From positions 1 through 64,000 of IMG/VR virus record IMGVR_UViG_3300033149_002985: DNA of 64,000 nucleotides, one strand, 5' to 3'. Position numbers and translations under genes: made by a program. This stretch comes from a virus. Numbering within the stretch: position 1 is the stretch's first letter; every line of letters begins with the position of its first letter. Below, piece after piece: positions 58,321 to 64,000 of the stretch. The notes below the pieces were generated by a model. That model was given only the letters and a program-made list of their open reading frames with translations, did no database searches and was not told the origin of the DNA.

Positions 58321-58976
58321 TATTCTATATCCTTTTTTTTGACCTTTTTAAGCTGTATAGCTTTATCTGCACAATTTTTATAAATACTATTGTGAGTAAC
58401 CATAATAATTTGTCTATTGAATTTTTGACTAATTTCTTTTAAAAACTGTCCTGCTTTTTGGTCATAAATTTCATCCTCTTCTTCTTCACCAGAAAGTCCA
58501 GTAAAAGGTTCGTCAAGTAAAAGAAATCCTTCGTTTTTTGGTAAAAAAGTTTCAAGTAAAACTAATCGCAAAGCGAAAGAAACAATACTAATAACTCCAC
58601 CTGAATCAGTATCAATAATATCTGCTTTCTCTTGTAGTTCTGGAGTCTTAATATTAAAATCTAAAGTCCCTAATGAACCTCTTCTATCAAATTCTAAAGC
58701 AAACTCAAATCCATCTTCTTCAAATACATATTGCATAGCATAAGTAACTAACTTTTCAAACTGTTGTTTAGTCTTTTCACGTGTAACTCGTTGAACTAAA
58801 TTTAAAAGTTCAACAGCCTTACTTTCTCGCTCTTTTTGTTCCTTTAATTCAATAATAGTAAGTTCAGCATTTTCAATAGTATTAGAAATAGCAATATGCT
58901 GACCGTTTAAGTTGCCTAATTTAATATTAATATCATTAAAAGTTTGGTCTAAATTTTGTAAAGTAATATTATCCAT
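58320..58976 (-). CDS. sbcC: SbcC/Rad50-like ATPase, C-terminal half
   Basis: Coiled coil, signature DSGG, Walker B LLLDEP, H-loop VTHN; no Walker A. Confidence 0.85.
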   Translation of the reverse strand: MDNITLQNLDQTFNDINIKLGNLNGQHIAISNTIENAELTIIELKEQKERESKAVELLNLVQRVTREKTKQQFEKLVTYAMQYVFEEDGFEFALEFDRRGSLGTLDFNIKTPELQEKADIIDTDSGGVISIVSFALRLVLLETFLPKNEGFLLLDEPFTGLSGEEEEDEIYDQKAGQFLKEISQKFNRQIIMVTHNSIYKNCADKAIQLKKVKKKDIE

Positions 58977-59128
58977 TTTTTAAAATCTCTTTCAAATCTA
59001 AGCCTATAGTTAAAGATTTTGCTTCTTGTTCCATTTCTTTTTCACATACAGAACAGTTACATAAAGGATCATGAATAAGACCCTTTTCAATCTTATTAAG
59101 ATGCTCTAACATTTCTTTTATTGTTATT

Positions 59129-59362
59129 TTATCCATTAACCAATCCATTTATTTTTGTTAACTCTTCTTCGATTTCTTTAGTAGATTCCCCAATAATTTT
59201 CTTTAGTTCTTCTGGTTTAACTTCTAAAGGAATTAACTCTTCAACAAGTTTCACCCTATGTTCTTCTGTAGATTTAAGTTGTTGCTCAAAACGGATTTTA
59301 TCTTCCTTATTTTTTTGGGCTTTTTCTTTTAAATCTTTAAGCTGTTTAACATAATTACTCAT
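59129..59362 (-). CDS. small coiled-coil protein (possible SbcC middle segment)
   Basis: Heptad-rich 77 aa, AAGGAG RBS. Confidence 0.6.
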   Translation of the reverse strand: MSNYVKQLKDLKEKAQKNKEDKIRFEQQLKSTEEHRVKLVEELIPLEVKPEELKKIIGESTKEIEEELTKINGLVNG

Positions 59363-59583
59363 TTCTTTTTCTCCTTAATTATAAATATTGCTTCTCCGTA
59401 TGGGTTCCAAAAAATATGTTTACGAGTATGCCATAAACAAACATTTGTTCCATCTATTCTCTGTAAAGAAACTTCGCATTTATTAGATGGATGTGGTCTT
59501 TGTTCTTTTACTTCTGGAATATCTTCCCATTCTTTAGGAGCAGGTGCTGAACTTGTTCTATAAATATTTATTCCTCTATCCAT
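59359..59583 (-). CDS. hypothetical protein
   Basis: Coupled ORF. Confidence 0.5.
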   Translation of the reverse strand: MDRGINIYRTSSAPAPKEWEDIPEVKEQRPHPSNKCEVSLQRIDGTNVCLWHTRKHIFWNPYGEAIFIIKEKKK

Positions 59584-60502
59584 TTTCTAATTCTCCTATT
59601 TTATCCATTATACAATCCACTACCGCTTTTTCTATATTATTCTCATTCGCTACCATTTGAATAGCATTCATAGTATCCATCTGTTGAAATTTAACATCAT
59701 TAATCATATCAACAAAATTATCTATACTCTGATTAAATTCTTTCTTTTCTTCATGTTTTTCTATATCAAATAATTCTGAACCATTTTTAGCAACTTTTAT
59801 TTTTTCAATTCTAATAGGTTTTCCTGTTTCATAAATTAAATAAGAAGGTTCAATAACAGATTCGTCAATTTTTCTTCTCCCCAAACATCCGACGTTGATA
59901 TATTTTGTACCATCAATTTCTTTAGTTTTCCATGCCTTGTGATTGTGTGCAATTAATAAATAATCGTAATTAGTTTTAAATTTTCCCACAACACAATGAG
60001 GAATATGTTTAAAAAAAGGTTTTTCTGTAATTAAGGCATGAACAATGCCTATTTTAATTTTTGTAGAAGTATTACACATTAACCCATTTTCATTAATATC
60101 GTTTTCAATTCCAAAATAATAATCATGCCCGTTTATAGTTTCGTCCTCCGTTTCTATTCCTGTTAAAATTTCAATGTTTTTTGACCGTCTAAACATATGA
60201 GCAAGAGAAGCAGTAGAAGAATTTTCTACACTCGCACCAATTTCACAATGATTCCCATAAAGCAGTTTCATTTTAATATTATATTTTTCAAGCAAGTCCA
60301 AAAATTTATCTATCAATCCATAACTTACAATAGGAATTTCAAAAAGATCACCGCCATCAATCCAACAATCGCATTTTTCTTTTTGATAAATTTGACAAAC
60401 TTCTTCTAATTTAGCCATTACAGAATCACAATAATTATCAATACGATTAGTAGGATTCTTTCTTTTTAAATGAATGTCTTGAGTATATATAAACTTAATC
60501 AT
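59576..60502 (-). CDS. sbcD: SbcD/Mre11-like nuclease
   Basis: DIH, GGDLF, GNH, H, AHNH; flanked by the two SbcC halves. Confidence 0.85.
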   Translation of the reverse strand: MIKFIYTQDIHLKRKNPTNRIDNYCDSVMAKLEEVCQIYQKEKCDCWIDGGDLFEIPIVSYGLIDKFLDLLEKYNIKMKLLYGNHCEIGASVENSSTASLAHMFRRSKNIEILTGIETEDETINGHDYYFGIENDINENGLMCNTSTKIKIGIVHALITEKPFFKHIPHCVVGKFKTNYDYLLIAHNHKAWKTKEIDGTKYINVGCLGRRKIDESVIEPSYLIYETGKPIRIEKIKVAKNGSELFDIEKHEEKKEFNQSIDNFVDMINDVKFQQMDTMNAIQMVANENNIEKAVVDCIMDKIGELENG

Positions 60503-60521
60503 TATAAATATTTCTTCAAAT

Positions 60522-60722
60522 TTATATTGAATGTGTTATATCCATTTCTTTTAAATCTCGCCATCTATACAATTTCTTACAAACAGGACATAATAATTTT
60601 TCATTCGGAAAATCTTTATTCCGTAATCCTTGGGGAAAACTGATGAAAATTCTCATTTTACATGAAGGTGTAGCATCTATTGGACATCTGTATTTTTTAA
60701 TTGAAATAAATTTATCTGTCAT
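60522..60722 (-). CDS. small zinc-finger protein
   Basis: CP.....C / CPVC. Confidence 0.55.
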   Translation of the reverse strand: MTDKFISIKKYRCPIDATPSCKMRIFISFPQGLRNKDFPNEKLLCPVCKKLYRWRDLKEMDITHSI

Positions 60723-61849
60723 AATTTAATCCTTTCCAAACATTCTTCCGTAATTGGATTGTTGCAAGTTGGGCAAATTTTCGATTCTTCTAATAATCGT
60801 TTATATTCAGTTTCTTGTCCTTCAAATTCTATCTCAACTTCCTCTAATGCTATTTCTGTTTCTTTTTTTGTCTGACTTAGAGCATTATTATCCTTAATCC
60901 ACGATTTTAAGGTGTTTAACCTCTCTATTTTAGCTTGTAATGGGATAAAATCAACCTCAGTTAAGCGAATTTCGCCTATTTTAGCCCGTATATCCTTTAT
61001 TTCCTTTTCATTGCTTACAAGCGATTCTCGCAAGGATTCTAGTTTCTCTAATTTCTTTGCTTTTTGTATTGCTTGGTTAAAAATTTCAACATTAACAGTC
61101 TTAATACTTTTCAACTGTTCTTTGGCAATTTCTATTTCTTCTTCATTAATTTCTAACTCTTCTTGAATTTTGGTTAATTTATCCAATCTTTCTTTTAATT
61201 TCTTAACCCTTTCATAATGAATCTTAAAACTATCAACAATCTTTTGGTAATTGTTCCTTTCTTTTTCTATCTCAATCAAATCGTCTTTAGATTTTTCTAC
61301 TATTTCATCTTGAGATTTAACTGAACGCCCTACATTTAATAAACTCTTATTGAAAGCCCCTAATAATTTATCTTGTAATTCATTTCCTGTTAATAAATTA
61401 AATAACTTCATCCTAAAAGAACCAGGCTTATCCAACAAAAAGGGTAACGTAATTTGCTCTGCTATGTTTAAATTTATAGATTCTTTATCGATTTCTATAG
61501 GGTTTAAATTAATAACATCTTTAATTTCTTGAGGAATTTCTTTACCTATAGAATTAAATTCGGATTCTTTTCCATTAACAGTTAAAATATACCTATTTAT
61601 TGATGAAGAACGTACTTTCTCTAAAATAATGTTATCAGAGAAAAATATTTTAACGGAGGTTTTTTTAGTGCCTTCTTTACGCACAGCATCAATCTTCTTA
61701 TTGTTGACTACCCAATCAATTGAACGGCGTAAACAAGATTTTCCTGTGCGACTAGCACCACAAATTACGTTGACCCCTTTAACAAAGTCAATGTTTAGTT
61801 TAGAATGTTTTTGAAAATTAATTATTTCCAAGCGATCAATGGTTTGCAT
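60719..61849 (-). CDS. sbcC: SbcC/Rad50-like ATPase, N-terminal half ending at the zinc hook
   Basis: INFQKH, Walker A GASRTGKS, Q-loop AEQ, coiled coil, terminal CPTC. Confidence 0.88.
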   Translation of the reverse strand: MQTIDRLEIINFQKHSKLNIDFVKGVNVICGASRTGKSCLRRSIDWVVNNKKIDAVRKEGTKKTSVKIFFSDNIILEKVRSSSINRYILTVNGKESEFNSIGKEIPQEIKDVINLNPIEIDKESINLNIAEQITLPFLLDKPGSFRMKLFNLLTGNELQDKLLGAFNKSLLNVGRSVKSQDEIVEKSKDDLIEIEKERNNYQKIVDSFKIHYERVKKLKERLDKLTKIQEELEINEEEIEIAKEQLKSIKTVNVEIFNQAIQKAKKLEKLESLRESLVSNEKEIKDIRAKIGEIRLTEVDFIPLQAKIERLNTLKSWIKDNNALSQTKKETEIALEEVEIEFEGQETEYKRLLEESKICPTCNNPITEECLERIKL

Positions 61850-62335
61850 TTATTTTCCTTCTTCTGTTTTCACATTTGCTTTATCATTGATTTCTTTAGC
61901 CTTTTCAACTATTTCTTCATCTGTTAATCCTTCAACAACGGGTTTTTCAGTTTTATCTTCTTCTTTAGGTACAACCACAGTTGCTGTCTTAGCAGATTCT
62001 TTTAATTCTTCTTGTGTTAAGGGTCGTCCTGCGGTTACTTCTTTTTCAACAACAGGGTCTTCGACCTTTGTTTCTTCCTTCGGTTTTTCCTCAACTTTAA
62101 CATCTTCTTTTTTTGGTTCCTCCTTCTTAACTTCTTCTTTCTTTTCAACAGAAAAATCAAATGCTATTTGTGAAGCCTTGCCTTCTTCTTTATTAGGAAC
62201 TAAATAAAGATTAACTTCGACATTAGCATCTGTTTCTCTAACCTTTTCAAGTTTTTCTGCTAATTCTTTTAACCTACGAGCAGAAATTTCTACCTTTCCT
62301 ACTTTTTTAACATCGGTTGATTTAAATTCTACCAT
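61850..62335 (-). CDS. Glu/Lys-rich low-complexity protein
   Basis: AAGGAG RBS; KKEE/VEE repeats. Confidence 0.7.
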   Translation of the reverse strand: MVEFKSTDVKKVGKVEISARRLKELAEKLEKVRETDANVEVNLYLVPNKEEGKASQIAFDFSVEKKEEVKKEEPKKEDVKVEEKPKEETKVEDPVVEKEVTAGRPLTQEELKESAKTATVVVPKEEDKTEKPVVEGLTDEEIVEKAKEINDKANVKTEEGK

Positions 62336-62355
62336 TGTTTTATTCTCCTTTTTCT

Positions 62356-62538
62356 TTAAATAATCTGATTTTGTTCTAAAATTAAGGTTATGTCATTTTC
62401 GTTGTTTTCATCACAAAGATTCCCAAAATCAATTCCTTCTTTAGTTATTCGATAATTAACATCTTCAATTTGTCTTTGACCATTTCGGAATACTTCTTTG
62501 ACCTTTTGATTATTATTTAATCTAATAATTTTACTCAT
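62356..62538 (-). CDS. hypothetical protein
   Basis: AAGGAG RBS. Confidence 0.55.
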   Translation of the reverse strand: MSKIIRLNNNQKVKEVFRNGQRQIEDVNYRITKEGIDFGNLCDENNENDITLILEQNQII

Positions 62539-62551
62539 ACGTTTTCTCCTT

Positions 62552-62752
62552 TTAAACTACTCTTTTTCCATTAATATAAAGTTCCATTTTTTTATTTACA
62601 TGAAGATAATTTTTACCCAACCAAAAACTAATATTATCTGGATTAAGAACTTGTGTAATATAATTTTTTAATTTTCCCGGAATTACAACAATTTTTGTAA
62701 ATGTCCCTATTGGTTTATTCTTTACTTTTTTCCCATTCAATTGATAAATCAT
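62552..62752 (-). CDS. hypothetical protein
   Basis: AAGGAG RBS before MIYQLNG. Confidence 0.55.
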   Translation of the reverse strand: MIYQLNGKKVKNKPIGTFTKIVVIPGKLKNYITQVLNPDNISFWLGKNYLHVNKKMELYINGKRVV

Positions 62753-62772
62753 CTTATTTCTCCTTTTTATTA

Positions 62773-62801
62773 AGTATACCACATTTCAATGAGTTTAGCA
62801 A
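62773..62801 (-). promoter_or_regulatory. sigma70-like promoter TTGCTA-N17-TATACT with TG
   Basis: Intergenic; same -10 as the promoter family. Confidence 0.6.
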
Positions 62802-62813
62802 ATATTATTACCT

Positions 62814-64000
62814 TTACACTACGTTAGACATTATCCTTTTCTTTTTTGCTTTGTTTAAGCTTTTGGCGTTATAAGCTTCTAATTCTTTAACAATATCATA
62901 TCCTTTAATACCTTCAGTAACTTGTAAATCGACTTTTATGGAATCCCTAGTACCATTTTGGTAAAAAATATGTAGATTTTGACTTGCTCTGCTTTCTAAT
63001 TGTAAAGCACTATCACTAAAAGCATTTGCTCCAACTAAAGATGAACCTCTAGCATAAACATCACCAATCCTAGCCGAATGAAGATGTCCACTTATTACAA
63101 AATCCACATTTATTTTTTGTGATGTGTATTTACCCTTTATTTTTTGAATTGACTGTTCCATACTATTTGATTTTAATTGGTTCCCATGTAACAATAAAAG
63201 ATTTTGACCAGATACTTCTATTATCTGTTCTAATAAATTACCATTTAATAATTTAATATTTGAATTCCTAAAAATTAATTTAAGAATGTTATAAATGGTA
63301 AAATCATAGTTATCAGAAGCCATCATTTCTGTCCAGCCAATATCTTTAGCTATTCTGCTTTCATTCCCAACAACATTAGCAACCGTTACTTGAAAATCTT
63401 TAGAAATATCTAAAATAAACTGTTCTAATATATTAACGGCTAAAAAAGTGGCTTTACTTCTATTAGTGGCTTCGCTTAATAATTCATCTAACCTACGATC
63501 ACTGTTCAAAAGATCGCCAGTCATTGCAATAAGAATTTTTTTAATTCCTAAAGGCTTAAAATATTGTTTCGTTTTAGTTGCAAATAATTGTAACCTTTGC
63601 GAAGCAATAGGAAAATCATATTTATTATGAACTAAGTTCACTAGCTCATTAAAATGGGTATCTGTAATATGAATAATGCCCGTAGCTCCTTTAGATAAAC
63701 TTTTACTCTTCTTAACTGCAAAAGCAGGTAATTTATAATTAGAAAAAACATCAATTAAATTTTTATTATATTCAATTAAAGCATTGTCTAATTTAATTTT
63801 TTCCCTTAATTGTTTTCTTCCTATTCGGGTCAAATCTTTATAACGCTGATTAGAAGCTATTAACTGTGTATTTTGTTTAGTGATTTCAAAATCTTCGTCA
63901 TAATCAACTGAACCTTTTAATCTTAAATTTGTTAAATGGGAATATACAGTTCGTTCTCCACAATCAAGAACATAGGCAATTTCTGTTGCGGATTTGCCTT
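62814..64000 (-). CDS. HTH + calcineurin-like phosphoesterase (5' end runs off the window)
   Basis: Frame open to the window edge (GKSATEIAYVLDCGERTVY HTH); DTH, GD, GNE, HG, GHLH motifs. Confidence 0.78.
   Translation of the reverse strand, partial: GKSATEIAYVLDCGERTVYSHLTNLRLKGSVDYDEDFEITKQNTQLIASNQRYKDLTRIGRKQLREKIKLDNALIEYNKNLIDVFSNYKLPAFAVKKSKSLSKGATGIIHITDTHFNELVNLVHNKYDFPIASQRLQLFATKTKQYFKPLGIKKILIAMTGDLLNSDRRLDELLSEATNRSKATFLAVNILEQFILDISKDFQVTVANVVGNESRIAKDIGWTEMMASDNYDFTIYNILKLIFRNSNIKLLNGNLLEQIIEVSGQNLLLLHGNQLKSNSMEQSIQKIKGKYTSQKINVDFVISGHLHSARIGDVYARGSSLVGANAFSDSALQLESRASQNLHIFYQNGTRDSIKVDLQVTEGIKGYDIVKELEAYNAKSLNKAKKKRIMSNVV

Noticed and set aside
1-64000. Prophage or archaeal virus interpretation
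   Set aside because: No integrase, att site or host genes in view; promoters are bacterial -35/-10 type. Lifestyle cannot be settled from this window

Overview
This is a strongly AT-rich 64-kb segment of a large tailed (siphovirus-like) bacteriophage. It uses the standard genetic code, and sigma70-type promoters plus AGGAG ribosome-binding sites point to a bacterial host. Layout: (i) 1-6.2 kb is a regulatory/early region with a largely non-coding block of repeated IHF-like sites and hairpins, a DNA methyltransferase, a candidate ~270-nt structured RNA, a metallophosphoesterase, and ten tRNA units fused head-to-tail with no spacers (one is a chimera). (ii) 6.2-37.0 kb on the + strand is the morphogenesis operon: terminase, portal with a ChaB-like tail, protease/scaffold, major capsid, decoration/LamG proteins, neck, tail tube, chaperones, tape measure and tail tip. 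(iii) 37.0-64 kb on the - strand is an accessory/replication arm: phosphatase, KTSC, DEDDh exonuclease, RNA ligase, a ~14-kb glycan-modification cluster (several glycosyltransferases, pyruvyltransferase, B12 radical SAM, methyltransferases, cupin) interleaved with DNA methylases and HNH endonucleases, and an SbcCD/Mre11-Rad50 system whose ATPase is split across separate genes. No integrase, CRISPR array, reverse transcriptase or clear endolysin is visible. All calls come from reading motifs by eye; no searches were run.
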